DNA of 64,000 nucleotides from Ascidiella aspersa (Eukaryota). The notes under the pieces were generated by a model. The model searched no databases, was not told the origin of the DNA, and saw nothing but the letters and a program-made list of their open reading frames with translations. Below, one piece after another: positions 36,958 through 50,182 of the stretch. The position numbers and the translations under genes were made by a program. Location: positions 25,048,001 through 25,112,000 of the forward strand of contig OZ004607.1 in NCBI GenBank assembly GCA_963924565.1, read 5' to 3'. Each line of letters opens with the position of its first letter. The first letter of the stretch is position 1.

Positions 36958-39900
36958 TCATTCATTGTTAATCTTTTCTACAATTTAATTTCCGTTTACA
37001 ACAGAAATAATTCAATTCCACCATTACAATTTTTTCGCCAATTTATCTAATGTTTTGTGAAATAAACGTTTGTTCAGTTGTTGACTTCATGTCGATCGCC
37101 GAGTGACATGTAACCATAAATAGAGCGATCGGGAGAATTAACGGAGCATCTAAACAACACAGCTCGGCAAGAAACTCTCGGCCTATACACGGGATTAGCC
37201 GCTATATTTAACAAGCCGATTTCGCCACGGAAATGCAGTTTGGCCACCAACCTGACAGCTGTCAACAAACGCGCCTTCCTCAAAGGCAAAGTGTTCACGG
37301 TGCCCGCAAAGCAGTCTACGCGATACACGATTCGTATACTCTGCAAAAGGAAATCCATTCTTTTCCAGCCAAATAACAACAAATCAAGCGCCTATTCATT
37401 GCGACTTTCTGTCCTAAGGCACGAATCACTGGACTTGCTTCTGTGCGCATTCACTTCGTTCTGCCAAACAAACCAAAGGAAAACCGCGAACGCACTTCTT
37501 GCGGTCTGTTCCGTCTGACATTCGCTAATCGATCGCAACAGCACCACGCGCATTCGACATCGTTCTACATTTGCAATTTGCACCGAACGTCATTTTTGTT
37601 TTACTCACGCTACACGTGCAGCTAATGGACTAAATTCTATTTTCGCCCATCAGATAAAAACTCCAAAAGAATATATATTTCGGATCCCAATCGGCCTTCC
37701 ACACTCGATCAATTCCCTATAGACTTTGGTACACACCTCCACTGTGAAAACTCAAGCAAGTTCAACTCGCCGTGACAGAAGACAAATACCACGATGGTTA
37801 GAAAGCGATATGGTTGATTCGCGTTGAAAACTATCGCCATACTTCGCTTGGGCCCTGTTTAAGAACTGTTGACCCATCGCTTAAGGCGACGTTGCGCAAT
37901 GTCAAAATTCCAAACTGTGCGCAACGCCGCCGCGCAAATATTATGTGCACAACTTTTATTGACTTAGACGCGCTTGCGCGAGTTTTCAATTATTAATCTT
38001 TTCGCGCGTGCTGCTGATGCAAGTGTTTGCGATTGTCAAAAAAATGCAACATCAGCCTCAGGAAAACAAACTTGTCGAAATACTTTGTTTTATTACGAGT
38101 CAAGCTTGTTCGCGCATATTAACGACTTCAAGACATCGTTGTATCCGAAGCAGTTAAATTTACACGATATTTCCCAAGATAGCTAAGTTTACCTTCAACA
38201 CGGTAGTAAAAAATCTTGGCTTGTTGTTTTCGCTCTTGTCGCCAACGACCTGTCTGCATCTTTGTGCAAATCCATGAACGAGAGGAGTGAGTTCAAACAA
38301 GTTAATAGGCTACACAATGTCGCATTAAAATGAACAGCGGCACCAAGCTCAGCTCAATTTATCCGCGCCTGCTCTTGGCATTGACCTCGAATCTGACGCT
38401 AGACGCTTTTTTAATGAGCTCCTGAGCATAACATGGTGTAGTTTGCGCACATCCATCTGTCGAACAGGCCTTGGAGTTGCCAATTAACAGTAGAGAGAGT
38501 GCGGACGATTCCTGTCGTCGAGGGACGTGCTGCGTTACCAATTGAACACGACTAATAGGTCCACACCAAATCTCTGGTGGTTCGACGTTTATTACCTAAC
38601 GATCACTATGAATAGTGTTCAGCTGGAACTCAGTGTTATCAAAGTGAGATTTGGGAGAACGGCACTGCAGGAATCTTGCAACGTGACTACAGTGATCGCG
38701 AGGTAAACAAAATAAAGTTGACAGCCCAAACTCAAAACTGGTCGGTAAAGCGACCACACGGCAAAACTTGAGACTGTGCATTGCCACATTTTTATGGCTG
38801 ACTTTAAAATTGGGTGTTATATTTCTATTGAACATGCCCAATCTAATGGAGGGTAAACAATAAATGCATATAAAACATTTTTTTAATTGAAAGGGTTAAC
38901 AAAGTACAATTTATTCGGTGTTAACTTTTTATGAAAAAAATGTTTGTTTTTTTTGAAATTTTTATGAAAAAAATGCGCTTTAAAAACTCTTGTTCAAAAA
39001 GTGATTTTCTCACGCGTTGATGTTTTTTCCAACTACACAAAAAACATGTTTCTGGCACAGTCTTAGTTCAAATCATGCGGGACACACGTAACTGCCGAAG
39101 GATTAGGCTTAACTAATTGTTGTGAAACGTCGGCCGAAATTCCTTAAACGGCAACGCTCTTGTTAAACGAAAGAACACAAAGGTCCCGGTTAAACACACT
39201 GTAAACGCACGCATTGCTCTTCCCTGTTTGCCAAATAATCCACATTAAATAAACGTTCCTCTTAACACCCAAAAAGCGGACACATTAGGTGCAGATAAAT
39301 ATACAACCTTATATGGTTGGCGCACGAGAGTTATAACGGACTCTTCACGCCATTTAGCGTATAGTCTTACAACAAGACGTGAAACACGGGCATCGTTGGC
39401 GATCAAAGGATATTGGAGGTGAATCCACTGAACGTGACCGGAAAAAATGCTGATGTGGCGTTATAAGGCGTCACCGGAAATTATAAGTACATCCAAAAAT
39501 ACGAGAAATTGGCTGTGGTTGCTACACGAAAGCGCGTATACGCTTATAAGTCGTTCGATGTTTCGCGGCAAGCGGTGTGTGGACTGTCGGCAGGCGATGC
39601 CTAACACGACGCCGCTGCAGCGTCGCGGCACGTTATTGGTCTTACGAGGTGTTGAAAGCCGATTAGCTGAGCAAGTGGGCTAATTAATCGGACGAAGCGT
39701 AAATACCGCGGAGACGCTGCTCGCAATTCGCCAGATCAGAGGACAGAAACATGTTGAACTGGTGACCCTGGCTTTGAATTATACAGGGATTGCCGGACGC
39801 GATTCGCCCGCCTTCGAATGTTTTCCTGCCGCCCGCCGCAAACATGAATTCCGAACGCGCATTGATCACTCGTTTGGTGCTTCACCAAGTATGCCTTACT

Positions 39901-42900
39901 GTACACAAACACACACCGGTGTGTATGTCGGATTAAGGGTGTTTTAAATCAAGTGCCAGTTTTATCCTGCATAAAAATTCCCTGAAGATAATGATATGTA
40001 CATAAATGTGGGCACTTTTGGATTCGTGGTTGTGTCTTAAATTGGTGATGATAAACTGAAGGTTGCCACCAAAATGTGGGTCGTTGACAAGATGAGAATT
40101 AATTCCCAGGGATGAAGCACAAAATACAGTCTTATTTCACTGAAAATATTTTTTGTTAAGTTATTTTTTATTTCTTGTTAAGTTATTTTTGTTAAGAAAG
40201 TCTTATCGCATTCAACTAACTAAAGTGAAACAAGTTAAATTTACACATTATAACGTTTTCTGTGTCCTATTTGTCGTCTGTGTTTAAAACGTTTGGGCGT
40301 CGCCTGGATCTACATTTGTACCCAACCACTCTATTTTTGGAAGTATGTTGTCATTTGAGACTTTTTTGGAATTGCTGATTGGATTGATTTGGTGTTGTTT
40401 GGTCAATGCTAAGTTGTTTATTTGCCTGTAATTTCCCGAAATATACGATACGAGGCTGTCACGGTCAAATTAGAAATTGCCGTAGAAGCCCGATTCGGCT
40501 TTGATTCGATTTAAACCTAGTTGTTGTGCGATGTCTATCATCATCCGCTTCTACGAAATGTTATATCAACGGGGTTGGTTGCGAGTGATTCAATCAAGGC
40601 CTTTAAGTCTCATCACTGGTCTGCTCATATTGAAAGCTGTAATTCGTCGCATGGTGGCGCTAACGAAAGTAGAACAGCTTACCGCTCGTTCATAGACAGA
40701 CAGTTGGATCTTACATAATAAAAATCTGCTGAAATTTTTTGACTTTGAACTCCTCGACCTGTCGTATAAATAAACCGATACAACCGGTAAAGCTGGGTGA
40801 CTTATTTAAGGCTGATTGATCATTTTGACCTACACAATGGAATTTGAAGCTTTACTGGTTTTGTGACCTGCGCGAAAACCTCAACCAGGTGTATGACTCT
40901 TTTGGAGCTCATAATTTTCTTTGTAAAAACGAATCTACATTGACCATACTTGATAGATTTTACCCCGAACGGAAATCTAAAATACTCATTTGGACAAGAT
41001 CGAAACAGCGCGCGCCTAATACAACGCAATAAAACATTAGCCATCATTGGCAAAATTATATAATTAAGGTCGCCGCGGATTAAACTTCATGCAAATGGAA
41101 TTCAAGAAATTTAGTCACGTATTCCCGGAACCCGGTGGTGCGCGATATTGGCTGATCGCTTTGCGAACGGTAAGAGGGCCCTTGAGCAAAGAAGACCGAG
41201 GTGCTTCAAGTTTGAAGTACAACAACGTGTTCAAAGCACGACGTCGTGGGCCCTTGGACAAAACCGTCGTGTGCGTATTTGCCAGCGTGTTGAAACGACT
41301 GATATCCAGCGTAATCCCTCGCTTTTTTGTCAGGCGCATCTGGCAGCGCTGTAATCCTGACGAACGCTTTTCAAACGCACACGCCGGACACAAACCAACT
41401 GTCGGCAGTTTTGGCTTCGCCCCGAGATCTTCTAAATACTTTAATGTCTAATATGCGCGCTTCGTAAATCCTGCAACGGATTTGCAAACTTCACTCAAAT
41501 GCACGAATTGCTAGCTAGAGCACAGTAGTTGACCAGTCACTGTTACAATGTACGACAATGCTAGCTTTTGCTTAGAATTGGCTAAATCTCTTGCCGCACG
41601 TTCTTTAGGTAACTTGAACATTAAAAAATAAAACAACTTTAACTTAAAAAAACATCATATTTATTATTGCTTCTCTGCTCTGTTGCTGATGCTATTTTAC
41701 AAGCCCACGTTAACATCTCGTAACGATGCCCACTCTCAAACCATTCCGGTGCGCTATTTGGGGAAAAGCGCTTCTCGCCGAGTTACTATCTTATCGCATC
41801 AGTACTGGAAATTATAAAAAAAAAATCTTTTCTCTTTCCGATGTGCGAAGGGCTGCACGCCAATCTGTTCATCGCAACTGTTGCCACAAACAAAACGACC
41901 GGTTCGCGTACAAGCTTCAAAAACATTAAGATCCGACTGCGAGATGGCGGATTGACCTTTGTGGGTCGCGGCGTTGACATATACCCCTAACATAGAAACA
42001 AGTTTATTCGCCTTGTTAGTTCTAAGTGAATAATCATGTACTGTTGACTTTTGCCGATAACAAGCATTAGGTCTGCGATTGTTAAAACGTGATGATGGCA
42101 ACCGAGCCGACTTAACTTTTCGTTTCAAGGACATTGAAAGCGACTCAGCAGTAGTAGCATTCAAGCCAAAGAACAAAGTTCACTTTTTTCCCGACGGGAC
42201 CCTGAGACCTATCCAAATGTATACGACAACAACTGTTTCTTGTAAGCAACATTTTAGTTGCACAAACTCTAGACCGATTTTCACTCCTAAAAATATCCTG
42301 AAAACAAGCAAATCGACTTTAAACAACTCAAAAATAACTAAATAGAACACATCTTTGAAATGAATGCCCCAATAAGCATACTAATTGATGCCAGGACGTA
42401 TTTCGACTCTTTACTTTATAACTTTACCGTTTTCGTCTAGTATTCAAATCTAACGTAGCTCCATTGTAAAAATTAACAAAATTTAAAATGGTTGTCACTG
42501 CACGCGGGCGGCATTCTCCTTTCTGACAATTGTTCGCGATTTGATCTTGAGCGCATTGAATACGCTGGGGAGATGCATAAGGTGATGCAACTAATGTTTC
42601 GCCTGCTATCATAACAAACAAATTGAGCTGGACTCCTTGTATGTCATGAGCCTAATGAGAAGGTCGTGTATTGTACACGCTACTTTAAGGGGTACCTATA
42701 GCGGTTTTCAATAACGACAGTTTAAAGCACATGCCGTAACCCCTGGCGTGCATGTGCTACGGACTGGAACAAGTTCGAGGACTTTGTATTGAGGCAGCTT
42801 ACCAGTGGGTATTGTTTAACTTTGTCTAGATTCCAGACTGTTAATGATCTACCTACTCGACAAACCTAGCCCATAACGGATTGTTTTGGTCAGGTTCGTT

Positions 42901-44280
42901 TTGCGTCATTCCCCTGCTGAGTCAAGCAAACCTCACCGCCACTGTACAAACAAGGGCCGGATCCTGTATGGAAACCAGGCACTAAAATTTAACAGGGGTG
43001 TCCCCGAATGGTGGTGATTCAGTACTTTGCTAAGGTCTAGGATGGTTGAGAAAATTCTGGAACTAGTGTACACTTGATCATGATTCAACAAAACTTTTAC
43101 ATGAAGGGCTCTTACATTGTTTGATGGGGCGATCATGGCAATAAATATGAACTACAATTCAAGCCATAAGTCAAACGGGTTTAGTTACATTTTTATCTAG
43201 AAAAAAAAACCGTTGTTCATTTTTTAAACAAAGTGAAAGATAAAACCCAAAGTAAACGATCAAGTTTTAAGTGTGCGCCACCTGGATGTTTTCTGTAATA
43301 CAAATTTCTTTTTTTAATTTGCTTTAGCTTGTAATTGTAATGGTTCATTAGGAGTACGGTAACTTGGTTTATTAGGTATAACTAGGTATCTAAAGTTAAT
43401 ACTCAATAAATGTGTCGAACAAAACATGTGATATTGAAGTTACATATATATATATATATAGCCTATATAAAGTCAATGAGTGGTCATTGGTCACTAATTC
43501 AAACTTGTTCGACATCTTTTTAAAATTACACTCTTTTAAAGAATGAGAGAAAGTTTTAACCAGCTTACCCTATTTTGGTAAAGAAGGTGTTAGCAGTTAC
43601 ACTTTGTAAGTTTTACTTTATTTTCCTACATATTCTACCACTGATACTTTGTAAGGGAAGCTGGCAGGCAGTTCTGATTATAAAATAGCCCGGAAATAGA
43701 GTAAAATAGCTATCTAAAACTTAAACTTCACGAAAACCTTATTCCACTTTTAAAACTGCTATTCCCAAAATCAACTGCCACACCTATAGCAAAGTTTCCA
43801 ACAAACCGTTGCTAGTACTTTTAATCTCTTTTTTCGTACGTTTACGGAAAGATTTAAAAAGTTTTCCGTTTGGCCAATATGATCGTCTTTAAAAATAAAA
43901 CAGTTAACGTTATAGAAAGTGTGTAGCAAGCCTGTTGATGTTTTAATGTAAAATGAATTAAGCAGGAGGCATATAATTTTAAATTGGCTCAGCTTGGAAA
44001 GGCCCACGTGCCAAATATGGTCATAAGAGCCTGTCGAACCACATTTTTTTGCTAATTTAAACTATATATAAATGAAAAAATTTTCGTTTTATTCTATATG
44101 CTTTACATAATGATATGGCAGTGTTTTGGCCACCAAGGCGCCGTGTTTCATCTTAAAATCAAATATCCTTATTCCGACACTTTTTTCAATGGTTTTACCT
44201 AGTGGGCCTTCAATAGCTCTGAAAAGAGTAGGCCTACTTTGGGCCGCGACTAAAAAAGTTTGCCGACCACTGTATTTTAT

Positions 44281-44677
44281 CATAGTATTAAGACCAACGA
44301 CATAATAAATCTAAATACACAGTAATATCTACGGCGGATCAAGACGTCGGAAAAAAGTCCTAATCTCGTTGGAAAAAACCTAAATGCCCCGAAAACAGCT
44401 AAAACATTACTAAGTAGACGGTATAGGATAATTAGGTGCCGCCGATCTGGCATCGACATTTAGGCACGTTATTTCGAAGGAAGCCATACTGTGTTTACTT
44501 GGAAGGATAGGAGTATGTAGCGTATTCGGTTGGAATTTAGGTTAGGGTTGGATTATTGAGGGAATTTTGATGTAGATCTTATTCCGACTATTGTTATTCC
44601 ATTTGGTGTTAATCTGAGCTTTGTCTTGTTCCGACTATGTTGGTATTCTAATTCGGTCTTATTGCTTGAGTCCGAAT
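44281..44677 (-). mobile_element. Dispersed repeat with telomere-like core; copy 2 of 3352-3895
   Basis: Terminal homology to 3352-3895. Core TTAGGTTAGGGTT at about 44537-44549. Confidence 0.65.
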
Positions 44678-45068
44678 AGGCACCGTTTATACGGGTTCGT
44701 TAAACAGTATCATTAATCGATGCACAATAATAAAACCAGTAGGGGAAGTGCGGGACCCATGGAACGGATTTGTTTTTTCGGTGATATCTTTCGAAATACA
44801 ACTTAGAAACACTCGCGGTTATTTTCTTAGGAAAGCTTACATCTATGGGTACCTACATCTGGTAGAATTTGCAACCCGGGTTTATTATTTCAATTGTTTT
44901 TCCTTTTTAGGAGAACATATCTGCAAATATAATAATAGTCAAATGTGCGATTTTGCCAAGTCCAGAGTCCGACTTGACTTTACAGCCTATATTCCGCCAA
45001 TTTACGTAACTAAATACGGTGGATATTTAACAATCCACTCATAGGGATGTCATATAATTCATTCACTC

Positions 45069-45225
45069 ACAATAAATGGTTCGAAAATATACCCACAATA
45101 TGCTATTACAAACTGCAATTGACGGCAATATTAGTTTTTGGTGCTGCGCATGCGCACGTCGGACTCGGGACTCTGGTAGTTTTACGTGGTCTTACTCGAG
45201 TCCTGAGTCCGACTCCGCAGCCCTG
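45069..45225 (-). mobile_element. hAT-type MITE, CAGGGCTGCGGAGTCGG family, partial
   Basis: Ends in GACTCCGCAGCCCTG. Homologous to 47500-47753 and 51502-51681. Confidence 0.8.
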
Positions 45226-45447
45226 GTCCTCAGTGAACAACCCCTTATTTAATATTCTTGTCTAAAAAGTTACATACTGCCGTACTATCCTTAAAATCTA
45301 AGAATATGACCACAAAATGATCGAGAGACCAATGGAACAGACTGTTCCAAAGGTCATCTAATCGCCATTTTTAATGAAACATTCATGGCTAGCCAGTACT
45401 CTGAATGCAATTAATCAACTTACTTTCAACATGTACCTAGATATCCC

Positions 45448-45880
45448 CAGTGTTGTAATGACTTAAGTCAATGACTTGACTTAAGTGCACTTAAGTCACT
45501 GTTTTTAAATGACTTGACTTGACTTAAGTCTTTTGAGCAAAAAGACTTTACTTGACTTAAGTATTTTGGGAAAATGACTTGACTTGACTTAAGTCATTCG
45601 GACAAATGACTTGGGATAAATTGTTTTAATTAAAGCAATTAATTATAAAATTGCGTTATTTAGCCCAATCTTTGCACATCAAAGAATTTGCTTGTTATAT
45701 GCTGCTTTTATGTTATTCTCATAATAATCGGAGGAGTTTGCCGGTTTTCATAATTTAAAGTTTTATTTTATTTTTTTTTATTTTTATTTTTTTTTAAAAG
45801 ACTTGACTTGTACTTAAGTTATTTTACGAATGGCTTGACTGGGACTTAAGTCATTTCAAAATGACTTATTTACAACACTG
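45448..45880. mobile_element. hAT-type MITE, GACTTGACTTAAGTC family, full copy
   Basis: TIRs CAGTGTTGTAA / TTACAACACTG. ATATCCC is duplicated on both flanks. Many GACTTAAGT subrepeats. Confidence 0.9.
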
Positions 45881-46449
45881 GCATATCCCCTCTCTCCACA
45901 AAAAATATTCACTGCTTTACAATTACCTAAAGACTATCAAAACATCTTACGAATATCAAGCTAAAAAGTACATCTTTCACCTAGAAAAGTGAAAATTTGG
46001 AATAAATCAATCATTTCTTTTTGGACAAAGTTCCGTACACAAAATCTCATTCCCACAACCAAAATTTTATTTAGTTCTGCCAACAGGGGGCGCAATATGC
46101 CAGTGTTCCATTGTTCCCATGTTCCATGGGTCCCGCACTTCCCCTACCAATAGGCCACAGACAGTTTTTAATACAGAGTTGATGTTATGTTTGACATATG
46201 TAGTAGGTTAAGGAGTCGGGGACAGGTTCGGGACTCACTGGAGTCAGTTCGGCACTCATAATTTGGAACTCGGACCTCGGAAATCGGGAAAATACTCGGG
46301 ACTTGGAAATCGGTTAATGTATTGACTGATGATGATGATCCAACTGCGTAAAGAAATGTCTTTTTTAAGATAATGTCGATTTGACCTATTATTCTTTGAT
46401 ATTCATTTTCAAAGTGTAACTTCATTCGAAGAATTATTGAGTCAAAAGA

Positions 46450-46759
46450 AGGATGTCCGATAACATTGTTTTCCGATACCAATACCCGATAGTTTTAACA
46501 AAAAGTTTCGCGATCCGATACCAAATAGCGCCATTGCTATGCGCAACCAAGCAAAACAAATAAAATTTAACATTTAACATTTAAAGATTTGTAGCCTATT
46601 TCAGGTTGTTTGACCAACGTTAAAAACTTATTTTCTGATAAATTTAACTTCAATGTAGCATTGGCTGCATTTGATCTTGAATCAAGCATGAAATTGCCAG
46701 TATCATCGGACGATTACACATACTACCCGATCCGATCTGACAATATTCGACATATACCT
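46450..46759. mobile_element. Degenerate MITE with CCGATA subrepeats
   Basis: AGGATGTCCGATAACATTG ... CAATATTCGACATATACCT imperfect inverted ends, with repeated CCGAT(A) motifs. Confidence 0.5.
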
Positions 46760-47499
46760 CGTCACAAGACGGGCCAGCAAGAAGTAAATTCATTTAAACA
46801 CAAGGACATTTTAATGCATATTCACAGTTAAATATATGCAGAGTTTTGGAAGAACATAGATTGAAAAAGTAGTAAACTCAGAGAAAAGGGAGCTTCAAGA
46901 AGCAAAATAGCAAAAAATAGCGGAACTATAATTTAAAAGTAACTAAAAATGTTTAACAAGTGTCCAGACCTGGTATGTAGCCTACAAATCGCAAAGGTAG
47001 ATTTAGGCTAGCATTTTGGAACCAAAAACAATGGAAAAAGTTCTGAAGATGTTATGGTGTTGGGGAACAAATAAAGGTGAAATAATTTGTTTTCATAAAA
47101 AAGAGCAGACAGATTGTCACAGGACTGGTCCACAAATTTAGACACTGCTGTTGTTGCAATTGTCAAGTAGAGCCCGATTATAGGGAAGGTTATTGCCCGT
47201 GATGAGAAACAAATGATATGTGACAGTGTGATTCGCAAGGTGGGACAGGAAGAATTCTGTATTTGAAATTAAGTAATGTAGACCGGAAGAATTAAAAACA
47301 ATTTGAATTCTATCTGCTAGAACCAAAAACTTTAAAATTAGCCAGTTTAAAACAATTTCACAGAATCTTAGAAGGAATGATAAACGAAAATGCAAAATTT
47401 AAATCAACCTGACGAGTTCAAAGTTACGTGTATAAGCTACACATAAACAGTGATTCGTTTGGCACACTAGTGGTATGCCTATTCTTTACATTGGCATTC

Positions 47500-47753
47500 C
47501 AGGGCTGCGGAGTCGGACCCGGGACTCAACGAACTCGGTTTGTTTTGCTGGAGTCGGACTCAGGACTCGAGTAAGACTACCCGAGTCCGACGTGCGTATG
47601 CGCAGTACGAAATTTTGAAACTGATAGTGCCACAAACTGTAAAGGTGAAATAGAATATATGGCTGAATATTTTTCCACCATGTATATTGGGACTCTGGTT
47701 TATTTTTTGTCGGAGTCGGCCTCGGGGTATTTTCAATCGACTGCGCGGCCCTA
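47500..47753 (+). mobile_element. hAT-type MITE, CAGGGCTGCGGAGTCGG family
   Basis: CAGGGCTGCGGAGTCG ... CGACTGCGCGGCCCTA imperfect TIRs, with GGAGTCGGACTC subrepeats. Confidence 0.8.
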
Positions 47754-50182
47754 CTACATTGTATCCAGTTTTTTTGCCTATGTTAAATAGCTTTGATCAC
47801 GTAGTATGCGGGCTCAATATTCCTTTTTGCTTGTTTTTTTAATGACTTTAAACTAATTTTGTTTTGATTCGTAGTAATGTGTTTATTTGTGTAGAAAGGT
47901 TTTTCCAGCATTTGCATTTTATCTTACAGACATGTTGATACAGTGATTACTTTTAGTTATAGGACTGGCGTTAAAACTTATTTTATGGTTAGTGGAAATG
48001 CACTGAAGGCTTTGTTTCACACATCGAAACTAATTTAAAACCAACTGTATTAAGGCTGCTAATTAAAAAAAGTGGGTTTCAGCCTATACAACTATAACAA
48101 ATACTTAAAAAAAAAAACTTGAAAATACACGCCTACTTTTTTTAGATAGAAATATTGCAAAAACACCGACCGCCACAATGTTGTTGTGCTAAAATAGTGA
48201 ATACCATGGGGGGCTTTAAACAACAGACATGGTTTGGCGTTACCTCAGGCCCGTTAATGTAATCGCGTTGTAGGCAGGCAACGTCCCATCTATAAGGCAA
48301 ATTTACATACTAGAAGTAGGCTACTGTAGTACATCGAAAATATTATTAGATAATGGGCCGCACGCGGGTTGTTTGTTGTGCAGGGCTGCAATAAATGGTA
48401 CTAATGTGCACTTGTTTTTCCCCGGCGTTGTTTTTTTGTACCTTTATCAGGGTAAAAAACAACGGATTTGGGGATAAAAATCCACACGTGATTAGAAAGA
48501 TAGTCCCATCAACACAAGTAAAAAAAAACTACACTATTGCCCCAAAAAACTTCAGCAACCAAGTTAGCTAAAATTGTTGTTTTTACCAAACTTGACTATA
48601 TACCTACCTGGATATGCAAAATCAATACAACAAAGTTGTACTGCGTTTTCTGTAATAACTGAAGTTACTTTCTGACGTTATTTCAGCCTAATATATTTGT
48701 TTTTGGGAAGTCACTTAAAAGGAGATTCGGAAAAAATAAAAACTACGAAATTGGAATTTCCCCGCAAAGTGGTACTGCCCGCCTGGAACTCTTTGTCAGG
48801 ATAATACCACCCACCTATTATTTTTGTATCGATTTAATTCGGACATTTTGGTGTACCGAAACCGAAAAGTCGGGCTATCTCGATTAACAAAAAAACAACA
48901 GAATTTTAACTTTAACAGATTCTTACACGAAAACATACATTTTGACAGCGCCACATAAAAATAAAAAAAATTGTATATTTCAACCGTTTTTTTCGTTGCG
49001 AATCAACCAACGATTAAAGGACACATAAAGGATTCTTAAACAATAGCGACACTGGTTACAGCAGTTGAACATTTGGGGAGGCTTTGGATTCATTACATAT
49101 ATAATTATTCTGTTACAGAAAAGCATATGAAATGCACTACATACCAGAAAAAAAATCAGTTTGTTCATTGAGGGTCTGCTATTGCGACAAATGTTTAAAC
49201 ATATAAAGTTGCCCGCATAGATAATGTCAGTAAAATGCGACTAATTGTTAAAAAACATCCTTTACGTTAAAGTCATTTATAAGACAGTAATAAAATGTTG
49301 ATACAGAAACAAAGTTTGAGTAAACTTTAGCTTATAATCCTACAGCTGAAAATAAGCGGAGAGAACTTGCAAGAGCCTATTGCTCATAAAATTTTAGGGG
49401 CAAATAAAAAAATGTCAGTTCTGCTGGATTACCCAATTGATCAGTGTGCCACCAGTTAGGTGCTCCATAACACTTTTGGTTTACATTAAAATTTAAACAA
49501 CTTATTTCCAAACTCGACGTGGAATAATCAACCATTTCAAAGGCATATTGCTCTTCTGGATAAATTAGCTTCCTATTTGTGTTGGTGACTTGCTTAACCG
49601 ACTATGGCAGACATCGTAATCATAGGAAATTAAAGCACATGAATTGGCACCGCACAATTTTGGTGAAATACGCATTGGCGTTTTAAAAACGCTATTACAA
49701 CCATTATGCAGGTGTTGCAATTTAACCGTGCATTCAACTCAACATAGGAGGTTAGATTATATTTTTTAGGTATGATATGGTAAATTATACTTATACACTA
49801 TTGCAAAGTGTAGTTCTTTTCTGTTTGTGTAGTAGGCTGCAACGCTAAAACCTTAGCAATCCAGTTTAAATGAAGTAAAAAGTCAACAGTTTTTCAGCAC
49901 AGATCCAGAGACTCGTAGAAACGTTCGGCCATTATGGATTGAAATTAGAGAGAGCGCCATCAATAGTTTGTATCGTTTTCTGCCTCAGCAAAGAATTTGA
50001 ATAAAAACGCGACTGTTTCGAATCCACTCGGCGATTCTGGCGATATGACAAATATAGGCGAAGTCGGATGTTTCCACGACGTTTTGAAGGATTTTTTCGG
50101 ATCCATAATATCGTTAGATAGAGGTCCCTGTGAAACGGCGACCGCGCAAACCGATCAAGGATGAACCCTTTAAATCGCAAGA

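Larger units (their letters stand above)
44742..46144. mobile_element. TA-TSD DNA element (Tc1/mariner/pogo-type MITE) carrying nested hAT MITEs
   Basis: Perfect inverted repeat GTAGGGGAAGTGCGGGACCCATGGAAC (44739-44765) / GTTCCATGGGTCCCGCACTTCCCCTAC (46121-46147). TA flanks the GGGG/CCCC ends. Confidence 0.85.

Noticed and set aside
42790-43140. Possible LINE (CR1/L2-like) 3' remnant (TIRGHP, RSLTVWN fragments on minus)
   Set aside because: Many stops and only short motif hints; not supportable without a profile search.
46830-47400. Purine-skewed stretch resembling a decayed non-LTR retroelement
   Set aside because: No intact RT, endonuclease or zinc-knuckle motif is recognisable.
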